Shown here in pieces: positions 11,301-23,104 of a DNA stretch of 64,000 bases; the first letter of the stretch is position 1, and each line of letters opens with the position of its first letter. A model generated the notes under the pieces. It saw nothing but the letters and a program-made list of their open reading frames with translations. It searched no databases and was not told where the DNA came from. This DNA is from Macrostomum lignano. Lineage: Eukaryota. Position numbers and translations under genes: made by a program. The stretch covers positions 434,001-498,000 of the forward strand of contig NIVC01000100.1 in the NCBI GenBank assembly GCA_002269645.1, written 5' to 3'.

Positions 11301-14136
11301 CTACTTAACAGTAACTCTTCTGTGATTTTATGAAGTGCATACCAGGAATATTTTTAAGAGTGATGCATGCCAACTGTGCATGCCTATTTTGATGTACAAG
11401 GCCAATGTACACCTAAATTTTTGGGAATATACTATATAATCTAGAGTGTGGCTCTAGTCCTATCTTAGTCCTACTTTTAATAAAACTTAAATCCTACCTA
11501 CTATCTTAGCAATCTCTATATGCCAAGAGGGCACACTAGGCCTCTTTATACTAAGTTAATATCCCAATGATATACTCTAGGTCCCTATATATGCTAGAAT
11601 TTTCTTGCATACATATATACCATTTAGATTAGAATCTAGTATGATCTAGACAATAGATTAGTAGTAGTATTATTAATTGTGTGAAAATAATTTAAACCTA
11701 TTCAAAAGCAAGAAAAATAGCTAATTATATACAAAGCAGAAAAATGCTTCAATTTTGGAGCCACCAAAAGAGCTTAACAAGTTATTTGGTACCATAGAAA
11801 TAGAAAGCAACCATTACATTATAGTCAAAGTTATCTTTATATATTTAAAATAAATAACCTTGTTTGTTTTAACCTTGATGAAGTGACTAGATGCAAAACA
11901 GCTTAAAAATAATATAATGAAATGAAGTAACTAGTGAAATGAAGTAACAAGGCACTTCTGGCACTTTTAGTACTACTACTAATACTGAATGCTGACTACT
12001 AAATCACATGTCTTGATGTTTTAGCATTAACTACTAATGCTGAAACAAGACACATTCAACACAATAGAAATCCTTGTTTAACAACTCTTTGCAAGTTTTC
12101 TAACAAGCATAACTAGCAGTACATCAGGACACTACACTTGTGATTTGTAGAGCATTTTTGAAGGCCAATTTATTCATTTTGATATTTATGTACGAAAACA
12201 CAAGTGATGCACTCTAAGAAGGTTTTGAGTTTTAACTCCTTAAAGGCTAATTTTCATTTTCTAATTGCAGCAGAAAGGCACTATAATGAAGTTATTTTTA
12301 AGTCTTGCACATTGGTTCATCTATCAAATTCCAGCCATTTGTTATCCAGTATGTTTTTGTTAACTGTTAATTAGCATTTAAAACGTTCCCAAAATATTAT
12401 TATTGATTCTAAATGAGTTAGCAGTACAAAAGTATACTTACACTACTATAAATATATAGCTGCTATAAAACTACAGCACAATAATATATATAATAGGGCA
12501 ACAAGAGAATGGCCCACACAAACTAAGAGTCGCCTGAAGTATTCTACACTGATCATTTTAACATACCTATTCATGCTTAGGTGCAACCTTAGGATTCATC
12601 CGGCCATTTCTATTGGCAACATACATATGTAAGTTGCTATTGGACAGAACAGTAGTCACCTGACTGCTCTCAGCCAATAGCGAATTACATGCGTGTGTTG
12701 CCAATAGAAATGGCCGGATGTATGTATGTATTGTATGTATCTATTAGACAAAAATTATATTTATGTATACTTCTGAAGATTCAGAATCAATATTTGAAAA
12801 TCAGCTGCCAAATTTTTATGCAAATTGTCCTAATGTATTGTAATATTTGTTTTGTAAAGGTTTTATTTATTCACTCAAATTTTGGATGTGATAATAACAA
12901 AGAACATTTTGTAGCATTTTTATTTGAGGAATAATATCATGTTTAATTCTAGACCAACACATGTTTTTGTTTTTTTCACTAAGATATGTTTAAGCACTTT
13001 CTAATTGGCAGTTCTTAAAAATTAGAAAGGACTGGTAATGGAAGTACTAGAAGATGGAAGTTACTTTTTTTTAAAAGTACTGGTACCAAAACAAGTGCCA
13101 GAAGTTACTTTTTCAAAATAACTTTTTCAACATTGGAAGTAACCAAATATTTATGCTAGATACTGAATTATCAACCAATCAATCTGTGTGAGATTTTAGT
13201 TAGTAAAAACTATTTTTTGTTTATTAGCTATTAAGCTGCAGCAAGCAATAACAAATTGAACAAGTTTTATCAATTGAGATGACAAAATGACTAGGATTAA
13301 TTGACAATAAGATTCTAAAAAATATGTTTGATTGCCATATGAACTCACTTGAAGTTGGAACTAATATGATTGGTGGATGATGAAATGACTCCTTTTAGAT
13401 AGCGCATGTTAAGATGAAGTTACAATAGTCGAGATAAGCACCCTTGATACTTAGACCTAGATGACAAAATGGCAGATGACGAAACATACATGCGCAACAG
13501 TCAGCCAAGTTGGCCGACCAATTTAGCAGCCAAGCAAGGAAGTCGCAAAAATGCCCACCCAAAAATACCAAAATAGTAGTACTAAGTAGCTGATGAGGCA
13601 TTTTGGCTTAGTAAGACGATCATAGTTACTCCTGCCATTTACCCAAAGTTGCATTTATTTCACTTTAGGGTTTTTATACATGTAAGTCGCATTTTGGCCA
13701 AAAACTACATTGCTTTTTTGTTAAAACTAAGTTGCATGGCCAACCGAATTTTTGAGATGGCACATGTATATGACGAAATGACTAGGAACCTTAGGCATAG
13801 CCATAAGCTTATTTAATGATATAAAACTAAACTTAAATATTTTATAATCAATATTTTATTTTTGGTTAGAACAAATAAAAAAAAATTCAAATTTTTTTAA
13901 AAACATACCTTAACATCTTCAGAGCCTATTTTTATAGATCTCTCACGAAAGTCAACACCAATAGTGGCTTCAGTCCTAGAAGGAAACTTTCCTTCACAAA
14001 ATCGATAGGTCAGACAAGTCTTTCCAACATTGGAATCTCCAACAACAATAATTTTGAAAATTCTTTTGGACTTTTTGGCACTAGCTGAAGCAAAAGTTCC
14101 AACATTATTTCCATTTATTTCATTCAGATTGGACAT
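8305..14136 (-). CDS. RAB33: Rab33 small GTPase; complement(join(8305..8790,13909..14136))
   Basis: [40 protein letters not shown] joins in phase 0 (AAG|GTATGT ... CACAG|CTC) to [33 protein letters not shown]-terminal CLC prenylation motif. Confidence 0.95.
9270..9909. mobile_element. Tc1/mariner-like MITE in the Rab33 intron
   Basis: TA|CAAGGGTTGTCC ... GGACAACCCTTG|TA ends; inverted arms of about 190 bp (9270-9465 vs 9715-9909); no transposase ORF. Confidence 0.85.
12597..12720. repeat. 124-bp near-perfect palindrome (short foldback MITE or hairpin RNA)
   Basis: CATCCGGCCATTTCTATTGGCAAC ... GTTGCCAATAGAAATGGCCGGATG, arms of about 57 bp, loop of about 9 nt. Confidence 0.8.
13485..13770. 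mobile_element. hAT-like MITE, copy 1
   Basis: Starts CATACATGCGCAAC; right TIR degenerate; 8-bp TSD TGACGAAA at 13477-13484 and 13771-13778; homologous to 18288-18570. Confidence 0.88.
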
Positions 14137-15795
14137 ACTTAGACATTACATACTAGCCTGCTAATTAATATTACAGACTACAGTAACGATTAGATGACGA
14201 TACTAATGAAACAAAAACAGGTCTAACCAGTACGCAACTAATTATAAATTAGGAAAAATATTTAGAGTGTGTATAATTTTCGCAACGTTCTTTGAGCTCA
14301 CAGCGCTAAAGCACAAATTTAAATTTTGGACTATAGAAACTCACATGTTATAAAAGGTTTTAACAAAACGTTAAAGGTTGGTAATACCTAAACAAAATTC
14401 CTAGCTATTAAATTCAGTTAAAATACTATAAAAATAAAATATTTAGCAAAAATACTTTGATGGTCAGATAAGAAAAAAGAAACGTTTGCTTTTGACTGAG
14501 CTGCAAATTCCGGGGTGATAGATACGGGAGTTGTGTATAGTAGATTAACTATTATAGAGAAGCAGGCAAGGTATATGACGTATCTTTATGATGTGTATTC
14601 TTGAGACGGTTCGTTCCGTCTAATCGTTTTTTTGTGGTAACAAAAAGGAGCGGAAATAATTCGTTATCGTAGGAGCCCTTGTCTCACTCGCTCGTTCGTT
14701 AGTTAATTCCATTTTCCCTCCTGCGCTCAGCTCTTTAGTAACTGTCTGGGTCTTCTGATTCAATAAATAATCATACTTTATGAGGAGTGTCATGTATGCG
14801 CGCAGTAAACTTAGTGCGTACATATACATCTAAATATACTAAATCTCTATGTTTGCTTGTCCATAACGCTCTAAAGCGAGCAATTCTTCACCAATTTTGG
14901 TAGTTACTATACTTTAACTTCAATACTCTTCGTACAATTACTATTTTTCTAAAATTCTTAACCAGACTAAAGCACGAATCATTGTGACCTCATAAAATTA
15001 CTCTACGTGGCTGTCATCACAGTGCGACGCTCCGCCTTCAGGCTCGGGGACAATTTTTATAAAACCTAAAAAATAAATGCATTGACTTTTTGTTGTGATA
15101 ATAACGAGGTTCTACCCGACGGGTGCTAACAACAATTTAAATACATCAAAATCGCAGATGATTTCGAAGAAAATGCATTCTTAGTTTTGGACCTTTTGGT
15201 GTGCTACCAGCTACTGTAGGGCGTAGGCCCTATGCATTATTCTTGGCTTGGCCTCTCTGTCGTTTTGGTGGCATTTTTCAATTTAAAATTCTTCCTTTTT
15301 TCCATACTAATCATGCATTTGTTATTTTTAATCAAGTTTGTTTCCCGTGGAATTCGGTTCTTTTTATATTATAATATTCAACATTCCACATTCGTTGGTC
15401 GTTGGACTCATTCTCTTCTCATGTACAATATATGTGCAAGTTTAGTTTGTCATTGTATAAATTGTTTTAATATAGGCCCGCAGTAATAATTTAAAAGAAG
15501 GCATAACTATGAAGCTATTATGTGTAATTTTTTATTATGTAGTTTGTCTTAACTTTAATTGTTTAAAGTAAAATTCTAATTAAACATTTTTTAGATAAAT
15601 CCAACTTAAATAATAATTATTTATTCATTCATAATATTTATAGGGCTTTTTGCCAAATGCCTAGTTCAACACCATGGGTGCCAGTTATTTTGTCTGCCAA
15701 TAGTTCATCTGCTAACTATACAAAAAGTTTCTCATTCTTAAACTATTTATTTAGGCCTTTTTACAAAATTGGTGCATGACTAAGATCCCTACAAG

Positions 15796-16852
15796 ATGAG
15801 TGTAATATACACCGCACATTATTACGCATGTTATTCTGCACATTATTCCACACATTCCACTAGTTATTCTACATGTTCCGCACAGTATTCTGCATTCTAT
15901 TCCACATGCTATTCCACACGCTATTCCGCATGTTATTCTGCACATTATTCCACATGTTATTCTGCACAAAATTCTGCACATTATTCTGCAAGTTATTCCT
16001 CATGTTATTCTGTACTTTATGCTGCACATTAGTCCGCACATCTACTTTTTTAACATATTTCCCTATATTAAGCTAGCTCTAGTCTAACTTACGACTGAAC
16101 TTACGCATCCGATACATGATTTCCACATCAAAAATGTGAAGATATAGATATAGTTTTAATATAAGTATGACAATCTGCATAAAATACAATTGTAAAAATA
16201 ATGTGTCATTAGCTAAATGCTTTTAGAGCATAATTATAGCAGTAATACGGTTTACTTACTACATATTAGTTTTTATTTAGTGTTAGGACTTATAATATTT
16301 ATTAAAGCATAAACTTCTTTCAGTATCAAAGGACACTTTATTTTGCATCCTATAGTAGTGACACATTTATGACTCTGATGTGATTCTTTCATTAATTAAT
16401 ATATGTTGATATATAGTCACTCTTCTCTTATTTTTCTCTAACGTCTCCGCGACCCCACCCCTGTGCATGCAACTCTGTAACTCAACTTACAACTCTACAA
16501 CTATAGACTCTGTTGCAGTCAATTATAATTTTACGAATGCCATGTACTTGTAATCCAGGAAAATATAACGACAAGCTTATGTACATGTAGGCCTTTTGCT
16601 TTACATTTAAAATGTATCAAAAATTGAAAAATTACTTGTAAATTTTATACAGAACATTGTGAAAAAATGCCTAATATCATGCAAATAATGTGCAGTCAAA
16701 TAACGTGCGGAATAATGTGCAGTCGAATAACGTGCAGAATAATGTGCAGTCGAAAAACATGCGGAATAATGTGCCAAATAACTTATGGAATAACATGCGG
16801 AATTACATGCGGAATAACATACAGAATAACATGCGGCGTAAGTTATTCACAT
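15796..16852. mobile_element. Mutator-like non-autonomous element with inverted subterminal repeat arrays
   Basis: 9-bp direct repeat CCCTACAAG at 15787-15795 and 16853-16861; imperfect TIRs; TATTCCGCACAT-type array at left mirrored by ATGTGCGGAATA-type array at right. Confidence 0.7.
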
Positions 16853-17004
16853 CCCTACAAGGCCTACATACCAAGACTGCCATAGCTATTATTGGCTATT
16901 GGTATTAAGGGGGAGCTACTAATCTTCTTGCATTGCTATTATTCTTATAGGTTCCTCTCTTGCAGGCTTGTCTTGCTAGTTCTTCTACCCACTCATCTTG
17001 TCTA

Positions 17005-17975
17005 GCCATAGTCAAGAAGGTGGCACAGTGTACACCAAAATAATTTTTTGAGATAATCTATACGCCGTCTATGCATCGTCTATGCGCCATCTGAGCCACA
17101 CTCTTCACAAGTAGAGTTTTCTAAAAAAGGCTTTTGTACAAAGTTTTTTTTAAATATTTCAAGTATTTACATTTTAAACAAACTTAAATTATACCTACAA
17201 AAAGAGTGATACAAAATTGATAATTTTAGCAACAATTTATACTAATTTTTTTGCTGTTAATTTTTAAGAAGCAAAAAGTTTATCAATGGTTCTCTAGGCT
17301 ATATAAATCTCCTTTATTTTATATAAAAACATTAATTTATATTACAACTTTCATGTATGCCATAGTCAGGAAGGTGGCCTCTGAGGGGGAAAATTCCCGC
17401 GCACACAAAGGGTCTTGGCACACATTGGCGCATAAGTGCGGTGCACACTGAGGTCCTTGGCGCATGCGACGCACAATCATAGGGCACACTGAGGTCCCTA
17501 GTGCATGTGGCGCATAATTGTAGCACATAAGGTCCTTGACATGCATGAAAATTGTAATGCAAATTAACAATTTTATGTAAAATAAAGGAGATTTGTATAG
17601 TCTAGAAAGTCAGTGATAAACTTTTTGGGTCTTTAAAATTAACAATAAATAAAATTAGTATAAATTATTGCTAAGAATGTTAATTTTGCATTACTTTATT
17701 TGTAGGTATAATTTAAGTTTGTTTTAAATGAAATATGCATAACATTTTAAAAACAAATGGTGCATGGACAGCACACAAATTGTCCCAAAAAATTATTCTG
17801 GCGCACATTGTGCCACCTTCCTGACTATGGCATATATGTCAAGGACCTAGGTGTGGGTATGGGTGCTGCATGTGCTAAGGATCTCAGTGTATACCATTAT
17901 TGTGCACCAAATACACTAAGGACCCCTTGTGTGCGCTGGAATTTCCCATGGCAAAGGCCACTTTCCTAACTGGAT
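17005..17975. mobile_element. Interleaved foldback/MITE cluster sharing the GCCATAGTCAGGAAGGTGGC terminus
   Basis: Motif forward at 17005 and 17359, reversed ending at 17831 and (degenerate) about 17975. 17160-17350 is inverted relative to 17545-17740; a further direct copy lies at about 18130-18690. Confidence 0.7.
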
Positions 17976-18287
17976 CTCCTCTCTAGCATCATTCAATAAC
18001 ATATTAAGCCAAATTCCTTCCCTAGCTCCTCAAGTGTTGCCACAGTCTAGATTATGTAGTAGTGTATGCTGGAACAATAATCCTATCTTAGCTAAATGTA
18101 TGTCAATGTATGCCAAAAGCAAGAAATTTCCCTAAAATTTATGCAAAAAATTCCTCTTTATAAGGTCATTTGGTTTTCCTGAGAAAGGCTTTGTATAAAA
18201 ATATTTTAAAATTTTGAATATTTTCATTTAAAACAAACTTAAATTAAACTTACAGAAATAGAAATGTAAAATTTACATTATTAGCAA

Positions 18288-18570
18288 CATACATGCGCAA
18301 CAGTCAGCCGAGTCGGCCAATCCGGCCAACCAAGGAAATTGCAAAAATGCCCACTTGAAAAAATAACAAAGTAGTAATACTAAGTAGCTGACGAGGCACC
18401 TTGGCTTAATAAGACAGTCATAGTTACTCCTGCCGTTTACCCAAAGTTGCGTTAATTTTGCTTTAGTGTTTTTTTACATGTAAGTCGCATTTTTTGGCCA
18501 AAAACTACATCACATTTTTGTTAAAACTAAGTTGCATGGCTGACCAAAATTCGGAGGTTGCGCATGTATG
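18288..18570. mobile_element. hAT-like MITE, copy 2 (283 bp)
   Basis: Perfect 14-bp TIR CATACATGCGCAAC / GTTGCGCATGTATG; 8-bp TSD ATTAGCAA at 18280-18287 and 18571-18578. Confidence 0.92.
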
Positions 18571-18699
18571 ATTAGCAACTATTTATACTAATTTATTTCT
18601 TTTTTATTTTAAAGAAGCAAAAAGTTTATTACTGACTTTAGACTATACAAATTTTCCTTTTTTATGTAAAAGCAATTATTTATATTTTTTATGTATAGT

Positions 18700-20120
18700 G
18701 ATATACTTTAGTTGTTGGCAAGATGGTCTAGCAGGTTTTGGAATCCCACCACTATCACCAATGATGTGCTTAGCTTCCTGGCTTCTGGGATGGGATGGAC
18801 TGCTATTGTCCGAAGCAACCTTGCTAAATATACTTATGGGGGTTGAGACTGGGGAGAAATCTAATATCAAGGATAGTGCTGCCACCAGCGTGGAAACCGT
18901 AGGATCCGTAATGAAGGGGTCTGATTGGGTTCCACACAAATAAATAACGCTAGAACAACTAGTCTCAGATATTTCAATGTCCAAGTGACAGGACTCAATG
19001 GTAGCAAATGGCCTGAGTGGCGCAGTCCTGGCACTGACAATGTCCGCACTTGAGCATGTCTAAGTTTAGCTCTCAGAGGACCCCTAACTCCTACTAACCT
19101 AATAGCTACAACTTGCGCAGATGGGTGGCGAGGAATAGGTCTATGCACCTGAAGTAGCAATAGACTCATGCTAACTAAGCTCTCAGCTATTTCTTAGAAT
19201 CGCATATGAGTGCTGCAATTGCACACTCACTCTCACTCTTATTCGCGCCTATGTTGCAAATAGACTACAGCAGAATGGCTTCAGCCAATTGATTTCCTGC
19301 CAAATAGGGTAGGCTGGAAAACCAGAGTTATAGCACAGCAATGCTCTACCAAGACCTGCTCAGGAGCTTTGCTTTGCTGTTAACCGGCGCTAGAGCGCTA
19401 GACTTGGAGAAGGCTCTCGACAAGTCCTCACATGGCGGATCTGAGGAGAAATTCAGACAAACGGCCTGCATTCGTTAATATAGAACACGGAGGGTAGAGC
19501 ATTTGGGCATTCCATGGCTTGACCATGGAACAGCGGCCCAAAAAGTGCAGATAATGATGCACAACAGATATTGATTAAACATGGGGGAAGAGAGTAGCTT
19601 GTTCAAGGCGCCGACAGTCGCCTCAAGCTACCAGTGACAATAGCATGCCAAATTTAGGCTTGTGTGTACAAGGCTGCACGTGAGGGAGGGTTCAGCTCGG
19701 GACATGGGGTCCGCAAAACCCTCAGTCTAAAAATAGAATGACGCATGGGGAGAGGCTCGGATGCAGGAGAAATGAGAGAGCAGGAGGAAGGGTCCAGAGA
19801 GTGCATAGGGGAGGAGTGCGGCTAACTAGACTTGCGTACACTGAGCGATTGTACGCGGCAGGCTAGGCAACTACAGTACAGGTAAGTGCCAAATTTGGCG
19901 GCTTCCACTAACTAACCCTAGGCTAGGCAAAACTTCCTATTTTCCTATGCTATTGAGCCTCATACAACAGCTTGATTGCGCCATATTGTGCAACTTCTGA
20001 GCACCAAGGAAGGCTGCTTAGAGTGCATGGAGGCAGCAGAAAAATTCCTATTCCAGATGCTTGCAGATGTGACTGTTGCCCTATGCTTGTAGCAGAAGGC
20101 TGCGGCCACATCAATAGCAT
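18700..20120. other. Decayed higher-GC sequence, probably a degenerate retroelement or transposon remnant
   Basis: Non-repetitive, coding-like composition broken by many stops; no recognisable domain motif. Confidence 0.3.
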
Positions 20121-21386
20121 GAATTTATTCACCAAAATTGGTATGCCAAAAATTGGCATCAATTTTATGTACCAAAATTTGTATGCCAAAAAAATTGCAT
20201 GAATTTGTATGCCAAAATTTGTTTGCCAACTTTGAAAAGGGTCAATTTGTACACTATAATTTTCCAGAATACATGTAACCTTCTGGAGTCTAGAAGTGTG
20301 GCAGTCTTGGTATGTGATGGTCTTGGTCTTACACTAAGAAATAAGGGTAGAAATTTAGAGTGAAGTTAATTGAGAGTTAGGCCTACCTAACAATCTTTTC
20401 TTTTTTTCTGTACTCTCTCTGTCCCATTTCCCTTGTTGTTTTTTCCTTTCCCTTTTTTCTTTCTTTCCACTTCTTTTTCTTCGCTTTTTCTCTTTTCTCT
20501 CTTTTCACTTCTTTCCTCTCCTATCTTTCCCTTCTTGTCTATCCTTTCTCTTTATTCTCCCCTTTTATTCTTTCTTCTTGTAAATATTTAAGTAACAAAG
20601 TAACAAATTATACTACTATGCTTACTAAGATCTCATATGACTTGCTTATTAGTTTTCAAGATGGTATGGCAAAAGCTAACTAAATTGTTTACAATATAGA
20701 CTTTTTTGATAATAGCAAATGCTAGGTAGCCTTCTCATTGGCTTTAATTCATATTAGGCCTAACTTAACCCCTATTATCCTAACCACATGTGCAAGTAGT
20801 TAAAAAAATCTTGATTGCCTCAGTCCTTATCCTTAAGGGCTTCCCTTGCATTAAAAGTGAAAACATTCTTCTTCCAACTTTAGCATAATGCATGCATATG
20901 GGTTTAAATAAAAATCTCTATTGCTTGAGCCCTTAACCCCATAGAATTCTAGCTTTCCATATGGAAGCTTTGAAACAGTGAAAAATTACTTGTTATTAAG
21001 GATTTTCTACCTATCAAATTAATGGTTCCAATGGTCCTAAAGTCTTATGTCTTTTATGTTATTGTATGGCAAATTAACCTGTTTCTTTCTGAGCTAGATA
21101 CCATTTAGTTTCTGCAATTCATATCTTATACTAATTTATGCTATAAGTAATTTATTGATTATTGGAGTTTGTTGAATTTTAAGATTTGTATGAATTTTGA
21201 CAATTCAGTGAAGTTATTTGTGAAAGGTAAGGTAGCTGGCATCTTGTTTTTCTACTTGTCATCTTTAATTAAGTTTTGAGTGTCATTCTAAATACTTGAA
21301 AAACTTGCTAAATGTACTCTCAAGACAGTGTCTTCTATTTAATTCACATTTTAAATTTTGTTTTTATGTTGAAAACAATTTTCATA

Positions 21387-22838
21387 ATGATTGACTTTAG
21401 CAATGCTGATGCACTTAATCTGGACGCAGCTCTGGATGCAACTGTTGAAGATATTGATGATATTTTTAATAATAGGTAAGTCTGGAATCAAAATTTCTAT
21501 GCTACATTTACCGGTATATTTTTAAAGCTAATCTCTATAGAATTTATCTTGATTTTTTAAAAACTTTTAAGCTTATTTGACAGTTCAACTTGTCACAATG
21601 GCAACTGCAATGGTGTCGCATTTCGCTGCTTTGAAGAGTCGGAACTGCACTATAGCCTGTGCCATCGACACGCCTGCGAGGCATGTCATCAGGCTTTTCC
21701 TAATCACCGACTGCTGGACTGTCATATTCAGGCTGCACATTCTGGGCCGCTGTGCAAACTGGTGGGTCCTCTTCCCACACTCTACTTCTCTGTCTTCCCA
21801 CACTCTACTTCTCTGTCTACCTACACTCCACTTCTCTGTCTACCCACACTCTACTTCTGTCTTCCCACACTCTACTTCTCTGTCTTCCCACACTCTACTT
21901 CTCTGTCTTCCCACACTCTACTTCTCTTTCTTCCCACAATCTACTTCTTTATCTACCTACACTCTACTTCTCTATCTACCTACACTCTACTCTGTCTGCT
22001 TACACTCTACTTCTCTGTATACCTACACTCTACTTCTGTCTACCTTCTCTACTTCTCTGTTTACCTACACTCTACTTCTGTCTACCTTCTCTACTTCTCT
22101 GTTTACCTACACTACTTCTCTGTCTATCTACACTCTACTTCTGTCTACCTTTTCTACTTCTCTGTCTACCTAAACTCTACACTCTAAAATTTAATAACGA
22201 AATTTGTACCTGTCAGTCAAACCAATAATTATTCTACTTCAATTCCTAAAAAACAGTTTTCCTGCGTTCTGCCAGTGTGCGACGAAAAGTTTCCCAATCC
22301 ATCGTTGGCTAAAGAGCACGCCATTCGTGAGCACAAATTTCCATCGAATTATCGATTCTTTCCGCCAACTAAAGAGTCGCCAAATCGACCGCTCGATGTT
22401 CGGTTAGTAAATTCTAGCTTTCTACTTGTATTTCTACTTTTAAGTAGACGATTTGCACAGAAATAGAAAAATTAAACTTTTTTTCTACTTCAAGTAGACG
22501 ATTGGCACAGAAATAGAAAAATTAAACTTTTATTTCTACTTTCAGCAGACGACTCGCACAGAAATAGAAAAATAGACACTTTTTTCTACTTTAAGTAGAC
22601 AATTCGCACAGAAATAGAAAATTAAAACTTTTATATCTACTTTAAGTAAGTCATTAGTACATAATGAAAAATTATCCACCGCTGAAAAAAACATTTTAAT
22701 TACCTTCGTTGCAGAAAGCGACCTACTTTGTTATTTCACTCGAAGACATCTCGACATCAGCAGAGTACTGATACAAAATGTACTTTAACTGGCAATTCTG
22801 CGACAGCTACAGGCTCTGAACCAATGGAGACTGAATGA
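21387..22838 (+). CDS. ZNF511: ZNF511-like C2H2 zinc finger protein, about 178 aa; join(21387..21475,21584..21761,22257..22402,22715..22838)
   Basis: All three GT-AG introns are phase-compatible. Fingers CHNGNC..HYSLCH, CEACHQAFPNHRLLDCHIQAAH and CVLPVCDEKF..KEHAIREHKFPSNYRF resemble ZNF511 (HLLDxHI..H; H.YPxxFRF). Start codon uncertain (in-frame ATG also at 21366). Confidence 0.8.
21767..22180. repeat. About 23-bp pyrimidine-rich minisatellite in ZNF511-like intron 2
   Basis: CTCTACTTCTCTGTCTTCCCACA units starting a few nt after the donor. Confidence 0.9.
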
Positions 22839-23104
22839 TTCACGGGCTTCTAAGCGCTGATATCAAACACTGCATTCATGTTTGCGACGTTGAAGTTCTA
22901 TTAAGAACGATTATGAATCTGTATTTTGTTTGCTTTTTCTCTATTAAATAATCTAATCTTTTTGATAATATTGATAAATTTTTACTGGATTGAAAATTCA
23001 GCCGCTCGCTTTTGTATTTTTTCTTCAAAGTTCGAAAGTATTAGGCAAGCTTTTATGGTTTTTTGTCATTCATTAGGTCATTTAATAGTTCCTTCCTTGG
23101 GTCA

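Noticed and set aside
13470-13610. Hammerhead-like CTGATGAG / GAAAC words (also about 41620)
   Set aside because: Core motifs are in the wrong spacing, with no supporting stems.
20750-21060. Possible MULE transposase relic on minus (FHCFKASIWK..LWG.GL)
   Set aside because: Many stops and only vague similarity; cannot be supported without a search.
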